Assembly (NCBI GenBank): GCA_051362555.1 | Contig: CM120641.1 | Location: forward strand, 47,312,401-47,376,400 | DNA from: Lingula anatina | Lineage: Eukaryota; Animalia; Brachiopoda | DNA: 64,000 nucleotides | Direction of reading: 5' to 3' | Shown: one piece after another, positions 51,021-64,000 of the stretch | Layout: the number at the start of each line of letters is the position of its first letter | Position numbering within the stretch: position 1 is the stretch's first letter | Position numbers and translations under genes: made by a program | Notes under the pieces: generated by a model | What the model was told of the DNA's origin: nothing | Seen by the model: the letters and a program-made list of their open reading frames with translations, nothing else | The model's database searches: none

Positions 51021-52965
51021 TTATTTGCTATAGTCATCTCGGAGATTTTCAATTGTTTCCTCTTTCTCCTTATCGCTGTCGTCATCATTGTGGTTTAAAG
51101 TCTAGGGAAGAAAAGTAAAAATATATAGCAACAGAGATAACTCCTCCTAAATTGCAGACTATATTTCATTTGGACGAATCAAAAAAAAAAAAAATTATTC
51201 ATTCATTTTAAAAACTGCACTCAAGACCAAATCTGCCACAGAGACTGCTTTTAAGGATTTTCAAAATGGCCGCGAGATTCTTTTATGGAAACTGTCCAAT
51301 AATTTGCTAAATGGTTAACCTCGTACTTACCCTTAGTGGGGCATTTTCTACAGCAAAATTTTTTTCGTCCTCTCCAAAACAAGATATCTGGGCAATTGCC
51401 GGGAGGATATATTTTCTATCTATCTCTTTAGGTGGCGTATATCCTGGAAATGCAGAAAATGAAAAAAATAGAACAAGATTATCACACGCGGTCAATGAAC
51501 ATGCAAGTAAGTAACATCCGTTTTAATATTCGTTTTTCAGAGTTCTTCAGTAAAAAGTGTATGTCTAGGTAAAAAAAATGCACTGTCAACAAAACAGGTT
51601 CTTTGCGAGGAATTTTGCAGGTCACAATGCCAGATGACCACTGCGGTAGAATCTCTTAGACTATCTGGAGAGGTCAACATCGTCTACTTCTGCAATAGGT
51701 GAGGAACCATCTGTACCCCCAGTCACAACACTGGAACACCGTGGCTTTTACCGATGAGGTCAGGTTCGATATGTACAGCCATTGGTCGAATGAGAGTTCA
51801 GACTTCTTGAAGAGGCATACGACGAAGCGTGAGTCGTTCGCTGGTACCCGCATGACTCGGCACGAGATCAAGCGTGCTACTGACTGTTTCTGTGACTAGA
51901 CACTATCGATATGATATTGTGTCACAATTTTACAGTTGATAGTTTGGATAATGCAAAGGGCCAAATAATCACGTAATGGTTGTTTTATAATTTAAAATTA
52001 GCCATATATTTTTGTAATGTAATGCTCTGCTGGTGAATTCATTGACAGAGTTGATATAACAACGACACTGGATAAACTAACAATAATTATGCAAATATCA
52101 TAAAATTGTTGTTTTCATTAATTATTCAGAAAAACTGAGGGAAACGAAGAAATATTTTGGGGAAAAATCTATGTTGAATTAAATGTCAACTGTCTTTTGT
52201 AATGAACATATTTCCATATTAGCCATAAGAATTTTGCTATGCATGTGCATGCCAGAGAGAAAATAAACGCTTGTAGCGTCTCACCTGTCGCAAAACTGAC
52301 GATGACTCCGACAAAGACCGTAATTATCAGCCCTAGCCATGTGTACCACCAATATGATATGCTGTAAAACTTCTCCAACGCGGACCTGCAACAGAACGAA
52401 AGGGTAACATAAATCTTAATGCTTGCTGGCTGACTTGATAATATCGGTAAACTCAGTTGTTTGGATTTTAAAAATTTAGGGAAAAATGTGGTGATGTAAA
52501 CACCAAAAACATGTTATTAGCGAAGCGATCAAAATAATCAAAATACCCTTGGTGATTGGCATGCATTGTAGTATTTTGATCAATATCTTCTCGATACGCC
52601 ACTGTAGAGATTGTCTCATACAAGGATTCATTAAACATGGACGCATTAAGGAGGGAAAGCTGTACGCCAGCAATGACAGGTGTTGTAAAGTTAGTGGCTA
52701 TGGTGGTATTCTCGGTGTCACACCCAGATGTGTTAGTTGGGAGGAAGTGATTGTGTCGTGTCACTGTGAATGATCCAAAGGCCACCCACAGAGCGATAAT
52801 TACACCTGCTATCGCGCCCCCAACAACTCCCTGAAATAGAATGGGATATCATGTTGTACTGTGACAGTTTAAAATATTCGAACTATTGTAAAATTAGATT
52901 TTATGTGAGGCTGTATTTGACAAGAAATTATGCTTACTGTGATACTCATTTGTAGTCTAGTAGAT

Positions 52966-53007
<42 letters not shown>

Positions 53008-56000
53008 ACTTTCCAATTACTCCATGGAATGCAACAACCCAGCAAAAACATTCCCAAGAAAGGCCCATACAATGCACCACTAAACGCAATGGTTAGCTAC
53101 CGGTAAATATAAAATATTCACATAAGCAATTATAAACCTGGAAAAATATGCTTCAATTTCTTTTTTGTTTTCTTTGCCTCTATCCTACCATTGCAAATCA
53201 AATGATTTGTTCAAATAATAAAAAATTAATCACAAATCTCTTAACCTTAATCCTAACGACACTTTTTGGCAATTAAATACAATATGAAACATGTTAAGAA
53301 AGCACGCTGCAATGATTAATGGAAATGAGTAAAAACATAGGGATGCATCATCCAATCGGATATTATTATTATAACTTATTACTACTTATTATTACCATTT
53401 ACCTGTATCACAGTTGTACCCTTTACCACTCCAATCATGAAAGCCAAACCCGCCGATATTATCCCATAAAATATCACTGAAAAACAAAAAATTAATCGAG
53501 CAGTGGAGAAATAGATTCAGCAAATTTTCAATGTTTCCAAAGTAGGTTTCTATGAGCTGCTTTATCATATCGTCCAAAGTCAAAATTGCTTTGCAGCCAT
53601 AACATACATGTAGTTTCATCGGGGTCAATCTAGACCGGTAGCAGTTGGAGAATGAGAGCAAGGACTGTCGGTGCGTAAAGTAAGCCAATAAAGCAAATCT
53701 GTGATCTGTAGGCTAAATGAACAAAAACAACATGAAACAAAACCAGATAAAATAGCTAAGCCGCCATATTTGTGCCGCTTTTAAGTCTAAAGTTTAGTTT
53801 ACTTTATAAGTACTTTAGACTTACTAAAAATCACATTTTCTCTTTGCAAAATCTGAACTTTGTCAAGTGATTTCTCCGTGAAATACAGTTGTATTGAAAT
53901 ACCCCAACCCCCACCCCCGATACTCACCCAAACATTGACAGGCTACCACCTTTCTCCGCTCACTTATATGACCATATTTGGCTTTGAGGATATCTTCCCA
54001 CGTCACGGCAGCGAGCGCCACCTGAACGGCTGAGGTGGAGCTAATAAAACGAAAGTGAAAGACGTAACTTACTACGCTCCAATCAGTAATGAAATAATAT
54101 TAATGCATAAATAAGCAAATTAAATAAAATCTACTTTGCATCAACAATCGGCTTAAACGCAACGTATCATCTTAGTTAGCCAGACCTGACCACTGTCGGT
54201 AAAGCACTCGGGCAACACTCTGACAAGATTTCTACTGTAATTCGAACTGTCTTACCAATATTAATAGTGCCGCGTGTTTTTGGCTCTTTTCTTATTTAAA
54301 TTGCGTACCGCTACATACTCTATTACTAATAATATCATAATTCCAGGTACAGTTTAAACAAGCATTTAAAGAAAAAGAGAACCGGAGGCGTAAAATAACT
54401 CATGTTTCTCTCACCGAGCAGGCACTCTTAATTTTAGAGCGAGACAGGCCATTCACATGTAACACCAACAGTGAACTATTTCCAAGTTGGTAAATACGTG
54501 TACAAGGATATAACTCCTTGGTAATCACGTGTATAAATACATAACTATGGAGTAATGTAAGAAATCTTTTAAAGAGCAGCAGCATACCTGAGAGTTCCGC
54601 TGAAGAGACTGGCTAGATATATACCAGGAACCCCAGGGTAATATAATGTGTCCATCAAGTAGTAAGGAACTATCTAATAAAGGAAAAATAAAATATACAA
54701 ACTGAAAACAAATGACGATTAATATATTAATGCAACGTTTATGAGATCAAATGCAGGATAAGTGCCGTGCTTCCTCCAAGTAAAAGTTGTTGTGTAGAAA
54801 AAATATCATATAGGAGTAGCTGCATAATGAGATACCAATTTTACCTGGTTGATGTTTTTCAAGTAATTTGCACGAAGGGGATCACACTGCTTGGAAGAAT
54901 AGAAAGCAAAAATGACGAGACCCGTCAATGTAACAAGTGAGATATAAACCACCCATATCAGTAGACTGCCGAACACGACCCTGAAAGTACAAGGTGAAAA
55001 TAAATAAATAAAAAGTATACAATGTGAAGGAATACCTTATTTAAAGAAATAAAGATAAAATCACTTGAAATACATATAGGTAGGCCTAATGATGAAAAAC
55101 CTTGATTGCTTCAAGTATATACCATTTTATCTACTGGTGATCTACTAATGCTGAGATCCTTACGTCCAATTTATAACTGATATAGTTGAGAAACAGAATC
55201 TTATATGCTGCTGGTTTAGTTTTTTGAAAATCATTTTACATTACAGTCATAAAGCCATTGTATCAAGACACTTCTAGTATGACGTCACTAGAGTCTAACC
55301 AATCAGAATTTTTTAATTTTTTTAAAAAATAAAAAAAATCTCAAGGTCAATTTCATTCTCTTTTTCATTAACAGCATTAATTTTGTAAATAAACTTATTA
55401 AGCATTTTATGTTTCTTTGCTGCCTTAAAACTGTACGTTACAGGCGCGCCTTGGTAAGGGTAGGTACCGCCTTGTACCGCTGGACGGAGGCAGGGTTTAC
55501 GGCGGAAAACACCAGAATCTGGGGGGCGGAACCCAGGACCAGAGACCAGAATGAATGACGGACTCGAAGATCGAAATCAAAGCTGAAATGTCACAATGCT
55601 TATAATTGTTTTCATTTAGTCTCGTACTCCTTTACATGGAACAAATTTTATCTACTGTTTACATTACAAATGTTAATTTAAAAGATAACATTGATGAAAA
55701 CTTTTCTTCTAAATTTGCTTCTATTTGAAATCTACACATAGTTTTATAGCCATTTCATATGTCAAATATACTTTTTGTCAGTCAGTTTCAACATTAGTGT
55801 CGAGTAGAAATGGGAAGATTTCACCGTAGCTGATATCTTTTTAAATAAACGCTGGTGTTGTAAGTCCAGTGAGAGAGTGAAAGGTCAAAAACTCGTTCAT
55901 TACTGTATTTGCTCCAATCTTCCTCCAGCCCTGCTTATATCAAACACCTTATCCATTCCTCCAACTTCAACTGTTCCCTAAGAAAACAGTGAAATAAAAG

Positions 56001-59000
56001 CTGAATGAAATTTTTGTGTATCTTTAATATGTTATTAAGAATTCAATGAAAGAGGTTACATGTACTTATTTAACATGAACGGATACCACTTGAAAACTAC
56101 ATAATTGGAAAAAGACAATTTCTTCAAATACATAGCAATTATAATCAAATACATTTGTTGTAAAAAAATAAGTTGTTCTGTTAAAATAAAATATTCATAT
56201 ATAATTAAAGATGCTGCTGCTCATAAAACACAAACTGCTCCTTCACTATTTTGGCCAACAGACTCATATTTCACACTGAAGGTAGTCCGTGACTATTTTT
56301 CGAAACAAATATATGGTCCCATTCAAAATAGGGGAATAACTAGTCCGAGGGTCAAATATGGTCGCCCACTTGAATACTTCCCCACGGGATATCTATTCAG
56401 TGTCTATTAGCGGATTAGACGGCGAGCTTTGTAGTATGTCGCCATATTTGACCCTCGGACTAGTTAGTCCCCTATTCTGAATGGGGCCTGTGAAAGCTTA
56501 CCTGTATAATTAGTGCCAAGAACCCGCTGACAATCACCACCATTTGTACGGCGTCTGTTAAAACGACCGCACGAAGTCCGCCCTGGAACGAGTTTTGACC
56601 CATGTAAACACACCGAGAGATATTATTAGACCGTGGCTATATTGGCGTGGCGTTTTCGGTGTAGTGCGAGCACTTTCTTTTTGTATGTCAAAGGTAGCAT
56701 TCGCATAGAGAAGAGCCGAGGTCTAGTAAGGCCGCGCCTAAATATGGCGGATTTACATGAAAGGAAGACCGCTAATCCTGTTCATCTTCACCACGCGTCG
56801 TCCCTGCAGGAGCACAGTAATTAAATCTCAGCTCAATTCAACCGGTCGAGGGACAACGCATGGGGAGGCGTGTGAGAGGCGGAGAGACCATTTAAAGATT
56901 AGCGGTCTTCCTTTCATGTAGGTCCGCCATATTTAGGTCGCGGCCTTACTAAACCTTGGCTCTTCTCGATTTGAATGCGCCCATAGAGACCATTCCCAGA
57001 CCCTATCGTACTAACTTCCTACTAACTCCGAGGGCATTAAACATTTTATGTTGTTTTGCTGCATTTAAACTTGATTTGCAATTTACTTCGGCGGCTTAGA
57101 TGTCTGTCACGCCTCCTGAGGCTGATAGGGGGTAATAACTATCGTTTAGCAGCTTTAGAGGGTGTCCCAGACTTCTAAGCCACTTGGCAATTTAGCGACG
57201 GACCCCGTGGAGATGGACCGATCCCGTTAGATCGATCTAGGAATGGGAACCCAGTCAAACAATACACCGCCCCACGCTATATGTCTTGAACACCCGTCTC
57301 CCCGACGCATGTGGGCTTCTCAATTCAATTTCAATTTCAATTTATTAAACCTTTAAGCCCTACGGCTCATCAGAATATCACATTGCATCATTTCACACAA
57401 AATAATGTACTTCGAATAATCCATAGAAATCCTAAATGTGCTACATATTAATTGGAAAAGTCAATGCACGGAGAAAAAACAAAATAAGGGTAAATAACAA
57501 TATTTCATGTATGTAGATATAGCTTTTATATAAATCTAAACATATCTTACAAAAAAGGAAAACACGAAACATGGATGCACCTGTATTTATTATGGTGAAA
57601 CATTTACGCTAAATTGTCTTTAAATGCACATATCTTATTAAGAGTAGGACAAAGTATGTCAACACTTTAAACATAATCTCCAGTAAAGAAACAAGTAGTC
57701 TGTAAGATGAATTTCTTACCAAAGCCGTGTAGATAGTGGACACCACCAAGACACATAGAATGGACAACCAAACGGGAAACCCAGTCACTAAAATACGAAA
57801 TTTTACAACAAATATTAAATGGTGTTCGAATTTAGGGAAGAGAAGTTTGTTTTTTAGCTATTGACTGCCATACATTGGATATTTTTGATGTATATGGTGT
57901 TGTGTCGGGATTTGCTGCCAAATATACTCAGTGGCGCGATTAATGAGAAAGTGAAAGTGAAATTGTAGAGGTTGGCCATTATCGACCTTTAAAGTTCTAT
58001 TTTTGGAGATTGTTCAATAACCGTACTTTTATGCATTGCGGGTGTTAGCAAAAAAAAAAAATTAATTAATTAATTAATTGATTAATTTAATATATATATA
58101 TATATATATTACATGGACCAATGTTAAATTTATTGTTAATTATTTGCTAAACGTAACCTCGTGAAGACGTTAAAAAAACAACCCGGACCTCTGTATCGGC
58201 CGTGAAAGACGAGGGTGACACGTACAAGGAGGTAGTATGTTGTTTCTTGTATGTATTCGAGATCCCCCATGCCGACAGCATCACTTACCTGCCTCCAATG
58301 CAACTGAAGGTGAATACATCACCACTGCTAGGTAGAATAGCTATTAAAAAACACAAATTCATATGATTGTTGTCGTTATCAAAGATTAAAGATAACGTTC
58401 AAAGATTAAAGCTAACGTTTGAACGTAAGCTTTAATCTTTGATTGTTGTTGTTATCAAAGATTAACGTATATCGCTGATACTAAATACGACGTTCACCCT
58501 AGGGAATTACCAACTGTGTTGTCATAAAATTTTGATAAGTGAAATCAAAATACTTACCGACTGAATGACGATCAATATCGTTGCCGTTAACTTGGCTGCT
58601 TTTGACTTGAACCGGAGCTCCAGATACTACAAATTATTTGGAAAAAAAACGTCAAACAAGTGAATATTTCATATATCATATTGAATACATAATGTATAAT
58701 GAATCAAAATCAATTTTAGAATAAGTACATGTTAATGCTTATTCATGTTGGTAGGAAGAGGAAAGACAAGTTATAAGCTTCCATTGCAATAATAATAATA
58801 AGAAGAAGAAGGAAAATAACTTAATTAATTAAGACTTGCCTCCAGTGAGCTTGTTAACTTCAAATCATAAAACAGAGGAACGAACTGCCAGCCGGCAATG
58901 AGTAGCGCTACAGCCACCCCTGCTATCAAGTAAATATACTCTATACCACCCATATACACCTCAGCCGGCATCCCCAGCATGGACGTAGCTGAGGCCAAGG

Positions 59001-59864
59001 ACAGGACCATTGCTATGGCAACGGGGAGCACGTGGAGCTCTTGGTTGCCAAGGAGATAATCTCGGTTCGATGGTCCTTGCCGCTTGGCTCGAATGGCGTA
59101 GAAAACCCCAATGCCAGCGGATACTGCCATAAATAAGGCGAAGAGCACGAAATCGAAGGCTTGCAAGTACCTGACTTCCGAAGTTTCCTGAAGAAAAATC
59201 AGATATTCTGATGACAATATTAAAGCTTGTCTAGAAACTATGAAGTCAATTTTCTTCATAATTGCATCTTTGTTGGAATTCATTAAATGCTGGCAAGTCA
59301 ACAATAAAATATGAAGCTCAGTTTAAATGACGAATACATTTTGTGTTGAAATATGGACATTCATCAACGTGGAACTTTGGACCCTTTCAAATTTTTTTGT
59401 AATCTTCATTGGTCCAACAACTATTTGAATGTATGGAGTAAATAAGATAACAATTTGCTTTGCTTCTATTACAAGAGGAAATAATTTTTATAAAATGTCA
59501 ACAATGATTATTATTCTCAAAATAAGCATAACCTGGATGTAGACCCGCTTTTCTTCTTTGCACGCGCACGTGTACACGAAGAGCCACTATTCAACGCATA
59601 TTCAGCGGATTCATTATTCAGCAGTTTGTTTTTATTTAAAATTTTTCTTTTTTACTATGTTTATTTGCTGTATAAAATACTTTCCAAAAAGTAAATGCGG
59701 GTTGTTCTTCATAATAATGAAATTGTCTTCCGACAATATCACAATAAAATATTTTCGTTTATGTTATAAACAGTAGGCCTATACTTCTATTGGTGTATTG
59801 ACCCAATTTACACCCAGGGCCAAACATTGACTCCAGAAATCAATGTGCCAGCTAGTGCATGAAC

Positions 59865-59924
<60 letters not shown>

Positions 59925-61847
59925 TGAGAGTGTATAATTTATTCACCCATATCGAGTCACTAGCGGATACCGTAAAACATCCTACATTACAATGAATCCC
60001 GTCACTTTATGTAAATGTAAAATACATACATTTTAATTAAAAGGTTGGAGATTTGGGACGCAGCATTCATTTGAAACAAAACTAAAGGGCAATTAAATAG
60101 AAAGAAAGAAGATTTCACATCATAAAAATCCCATAAACAGTAGCATTCTACGTGTAAAAGATATCCCTGTAGAGACAAGCTCAGGTAGTCATAATGAATG
60201 TACCATGTGACTAAGTAAAATGTAAGAAATCAAAAATAAGAAAATGTGTGTAGTACCTCTCTCTAATTGAATATAACACCCAATGGAACCCACCCGAGAT
60301 TATCTAAAAAGAGGCTGCATGGCGGGAGTTCATACAAGACAAGAAAACGTTCGAGATTCCGGGCGAGGTACATGTAGGGCTAACCTTTTAGCTATAACAG
60401 TGAAACTCGATGAAAAAGAATTAACCGCAGACAAATAAAAAAGAAGTTATCTGCATCAGCTAGCCGCACCACATTCGCTAGTATGCAATTATTTTGGCCC
60501 CACTCTCCTCTTAATCTGGCCAAATCTCGAATGAATTAAGCATAATTCGAGACTCTGACCTATTCCCATTGGCATCTACACAGGCTTACAAATCAATAAA
60601 AACTTTATAATTAAGATAAAATCTTACAGGGTACCTACATCTTATCAAAAAAAGTGCAAACAACAAACAACGGGTCCCTTTTTGTCGAATTTTGAACGAT
60701 AACAATTTAACTTTAATCCCAAAATACACCGTGCTACATGTATATATCCGATACACATATTGTGTTTATAACACGGTAGTGTTACATACTTTGTCTATGT
60801 CTTTGAATTAAATCACAATCACGGAAGAGAAACCAAAATTAGAAACAAAAATCTCGGTAGAGTAATTTATTTAAGTAATTGAAGATACACCCCTTTCAGA
60901 TGACAGAAAATGGAAACCAGGTGACGACTCTTAATTGTAAAAATTCCTTGGGCCTCATTTAAGTCACTTCGCTCTTTTGATCTCTTCCACCAAAAACAGT
61001 CACTACACCTACCCTCTACCAGGGCGACTGATAGATTTTTACAGCAATTCACAGACATGTCTCTAGCTAGATAGATGGCTTCAGCCCAAAATGACCATCT
61101 ATCTAGCTAGAAACATATCTGTGAATTTCTGTAAAAATTTATCAGTCGCCCTGGTAGAGGGTACACTACACCTGGGAAAATTTTAGTTGAGGCCAATCCC
61201 AGGTCCGAGCGTTAAGTAACCTTCCTACCAGGAGAACATATCCGTGTTCAGGGCCCCTATGAAAAGTAATATAGTCCCTGCGTTTAGTTTTATCATACTT
61301 CCTATTAATCACGTATGTTACATTTAGTTCCTTTATTATTCCTATAAATTGCACACATTTAGTATAGTTATTGGGCACGCAGGACTTAGATCGATCCTCT
61401 AGAAAAGGAGGGCTTTTCAGTTAGTGAGATAGAGAACCCCGGAGATCGTTGTAACAGTCCCTGTATGCGTGCCAGCTTGTAGCCCGTCGGTGAATAAAGA
61501 TCTACATGAGCTACAATTGAAGTCGTTGCTACTCACTCAGAAATAAGTAACCAACCGGGTTACAGGTTGACTACAAACACCCATGCAGTTGCACGCGGCT
61601 AAGACACATCTCATTTCTAAAAGTCAGAGTCACTGATCCGTCATCAGTCTCTAGTATAGAATTGAAACGCTCAAATCTCTATAGCTAGGCTGCATCAGCC
61701 TTCATGAATTTTTATTCCATATCCGAAGTCAACTCAACTTTTTGCTCTTTCAACGTTGATATCCCCCTTTGGGTTTCTTGTTAATGACAATGAAAATGCA
61801 TTTTGTAAATAAAAATAGTTGAAAACCCTTACCTTGTCCACATACAT
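51021..61847 (-). CDS. SLC5 sodium:solute symporter (SMCT/SMVT/NIS-like), about 640 aa
   Basis: 17 exons: 61847-61833 (MYVDK, least certain), 59187-58840, 58626-58558, 58340-58289, 57787-57720, 56582-56502, 55977-55904, 55582-55442, 54980-54845, 54673-54588, 54040-53928, 53476-53403, 53096-53010, 52830-52547, 52385-52285, 51443-51331, 51101-51021; total 1923 nt. Family motifs DYLLGN, LGMPAEVY, EYLELRF, GGLRAVVLTD, SVQRY, CDPL, PGIYLASLFSGTLS, GPFLGMFLLG, FYSISYWWY. Orthology to a named SLC5A gene cannot be fixed by eye. Confidence 0.95.
51670..51860 (+). mobile_element. Short Tc1 transposase fragment in SLC5 intron
   Basis: QHRLLL and WNTVAFTDEVRF match the first-Asp motif of Tc1 DD34E transposases; DNA resembles the reverse strand of 38040-38150. 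Confidence 0.6.
56315..56488. mobile_element. MITE with ~47-bp terminal inverted repeats
   Basis: GGTCCCATTCAAAATAGGGGAATAACTAGTCCGAGGGTCAAATATGG pairs with CCATATTTGACCCTCGGACTAGTTAGTCCCCTATTCTGAATGGGGCC. Confidence 0.88.
56697..56978. mobile_element. MITE with ~80-bp terminal inverted repeats
   Basis: GAGAAGAGCCGAGGTCTAGTAAGGCCGCGCCTAAATATGGCGGATTTACATGAAAGGAAGACCGCTAATC pairs with GATTAGCGGTCTTCCTTTCATGTAGGTCCGCCATATTTAGGTCGCGGCCTTACTAAACCTTGGCTCTTCTC. Confidence 0.88.
56988..57250. mobile_element. Older degenerate inverted-repeat element
   Basis: CCATTCCCAGA pairs with TCTAGGAATGG; inner GGCTTAGATGTCTG pairs with CAGACTTCTAAGCC. Confidence 0.5.
61010..61163. mobile_element. 154-bp hairpin MITE with a perfect 9-bp target-site duplication
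   Basis: Arms of ~68 bp (TACCCTCTACCAGGGCGACTGATA... / ...TATCAGTCGCCCTGGTAGAGGGTA) flanked on both sides by CACTACACC (61001-61009 and 61164-61172). Confidence 0.92.
61316..61552 (+). mobile_element. Possible LTR remnant
   Basis: Starts TGTTAC, has AATAAA at ~61493 and ends AAGTAACCA; upstream 60890-61240 could be a decayed Gypsy 3' end. No second LTR or intact ORF. Confidence 0.35.
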
Positions 61848-62880
61848 GGTGCTTGTTTCTCTGTGACACAGCGTTTTCTACACAGGCTTTGTGGCATATA
61901 AATGCGCAGGCTCCAGATATATGATATTTGTAGGTCTATATATACATATCCTTCCTACAATACTCATTTATATGCGGCATACATGCGTGTGATACTTTGA
62001 AAATGACTACAGACTTCTTCTTAAGTGGAACGATTCAACATAAAAAGATTTGTAAACTCGAACTTGTGTCTTTTTTCAAAATGCTTCATGTATGTTACAC
62101 TTAAGTTATTTACTTGCAAAGATAACTATTTTGTCGTTGCCAAGTATGAAGAGGGATCAGGTCAGGTCCAGTTACATGTACGAGTACCGATCGGTGTCTC
62201 TGATATCTTGATACGTTTCTACAGTAATTCAACAGCCATAAAGAGACAGGTGAAGCGCGCTTGCCAAATATGACACCGGCATGTTTTGCCACAGGTGTCA
62301 TTCCCGTCACTCATGGGTCAATAGCCATTCTACGATGGCCTGTAAGCACTGTACAAGCAAGTCACTATATAAGCAACTGAAAAAAATCCAATGGTTAAAG
62401 TAGCAGACTTTTTGTTCTTGCTCATGATTTTTCTTTGATGTAAAGCTACTCATAAATACAACAGTTTCAGTCTCAACTCTTTTTTTTTCTCGTGAGAAAC
62501 TTTGAGTTTATGTAAAAAAAAAAACAAAACAAAAAACATTTCATTAGTTTAGTAGGTACGTGTTAAGTTTTTTCTAAGTTTGTGACAAAAGAGCTTTGAA
62601 TATTTGCAGAGTTAGACACATATTTGGGCAAGAATGAATTACAGAATTATTTGAGAGAACCAAAACAGGCACGTACATGTACCACAGATCGCTCAGAATT
62701 CAACAAATGGAATGCCTAAAGATGCTGAGTTACGCCAAGGGGTCGTTACGAGCCATCGTACGATTGGTGTCTTCCACACGTTTTTAATTTGCATTACACA
62801 AACGTACCATCCAAAGATTTTAACACGGTGACACAGATCTTTGCATTGTTAACAGCATAATGGGCAAGTTAAATGACCAG

Positions 62881-63453
62881 TTAATTGGCCAAGCTGCCAG
62901 TTTGTTTGTATGGCATGTGCAGGCACATATTATGATACTTACAGGTGTGGCAAATGAGATAAACTTGTAATTTGTAAAAATACATCTGAGGATGATACTT
63001 TTAAAGATGTTTAATGTTTAAAGAAAAGACATGTAGATTGATTTAGTAACATTTACTATATACATTTGAGGATGATACTTTTAAAGATGTTTAATGTTTA
63101 AAGAAAAGACATGTAGATTGATTTAGTAACATTTACTAAAGAAATGTTAAATTAAAGGTTGGCTCCATTTGTTAGTGCGTTATTTTAGTTATCTAGATTT
63201 TATACAGATTATAGGAAAAAATCTGCCCTTTAATGTTTTGTTGACCTTTTGGAAAAATCTCTGCATTTTCTTAATGATAAATTACAAAGAAAGGTGTGAA
63301 TTAATAGTAAAACTTTGCTCTATTATCATCCTCAGATATATTTTACAAATCACAGGTAATGAAGTACAAGTATATCTCATTTGCCACACCTGTAAGTATC
63401 ATAATATGTGCCTGCACATGTCATACAAACAAACTGGCAGCTTGACCAATTAA
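62881..63453. mobile_element. Non-autonomous element with ~115-bp inverted arms, bounded by TTAA
   Basis: 62881-62997 is the reverse complement of 63323-63453 with few differences; internal 80-bp tandem duplication at 62980-63138. Confidence 0.85.
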
Positions 63454-64000
63454 AGAATCTAAAGAAGATCGATCTAATCTCTGGAAATGGGGTCATAGGG
63501 TCTGGGCTTTTCATGCATAGGACTAGATTTGGTCCGGGCCTTTGACATATCCATTGTACACATGTCATTCGTCTGCTACCCGTACTGTCAAGAATAGGAT
63601 TGTGACATGCGGGCAACGTTACATGAAGTCTGTGCATCACTACGGGCACCAGAAAAAGACATTCAAATAGATTCATATTTCACAGTATGGGTTGGTGCAA
63701 ATGATCTGACAATCATATTATAAAATTTTCAACATTTTTTAAAAGCCTCATTTTCCTAAAATATCCTGTTGAACTGTTAGAGGAATTAAACTTTCAAATA
63801 CTTAATTTTTTGGCAACACGATATATAACAGATTAATGTTCAGATTCTTTATTGATAAACACATACACATAGGCCTACAATTAAGGTACAATCAATGTGA
63901 GTACAACTAACTATAACAGGGCACAAACAAATGAATAAATAGATGATCATGTTTATATTTATATGTTTATATTTTTTTATATATACTAGCCCCCCATCTC

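Noticed and set aside
1-64000. tRNA, rRNA or other structured RNA genes
   Set aside because: None recognised by eye; the hairpins found are better explained as MITEs. A covariance-model scan would be needed to exclude intronic snoRNAs.

Overview
Animal (invertebrate-looking, AT-rich, intron-rich) genomic DNA, not prokaryotic; I cannot name the species. Exon models were built by hand from splice sites and frame continuity, with no transcript data. Left to right: (1) the 3' part of DNAJC13/RME-8 on + (17 exons, 358-14645), one intron of which holds 73 tandem copies of a 71-bp unit made of the last 19 codons of the exon plus its splice donor; (2) an intronless 300-aa ORF of unknown function on -; (3) a 3-exon PRD-class Q50 homeobox gene with eh1 and OAR motifs on -; (4) a 27-kb cluster of five co-oriented genes on - for predicted GPI-anchored surface proteins: one Ly6/three-finger protein, three mucin plus three-finger proteins whose cysteine pattern resembles activin/BMP type II receptor ectodomains, and one 96-aa CD24/CD52-like glycopeptide, plus an orphan exon and a recent tandem duplication; (5) a complete 17-exon SLC5 sodium:solute symporter on - with one GC-AG intron. 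Many MITE-like inverted-repeat elements, Tc1 relics, a possible LTR remnant and microsatellites lie between and within genes.
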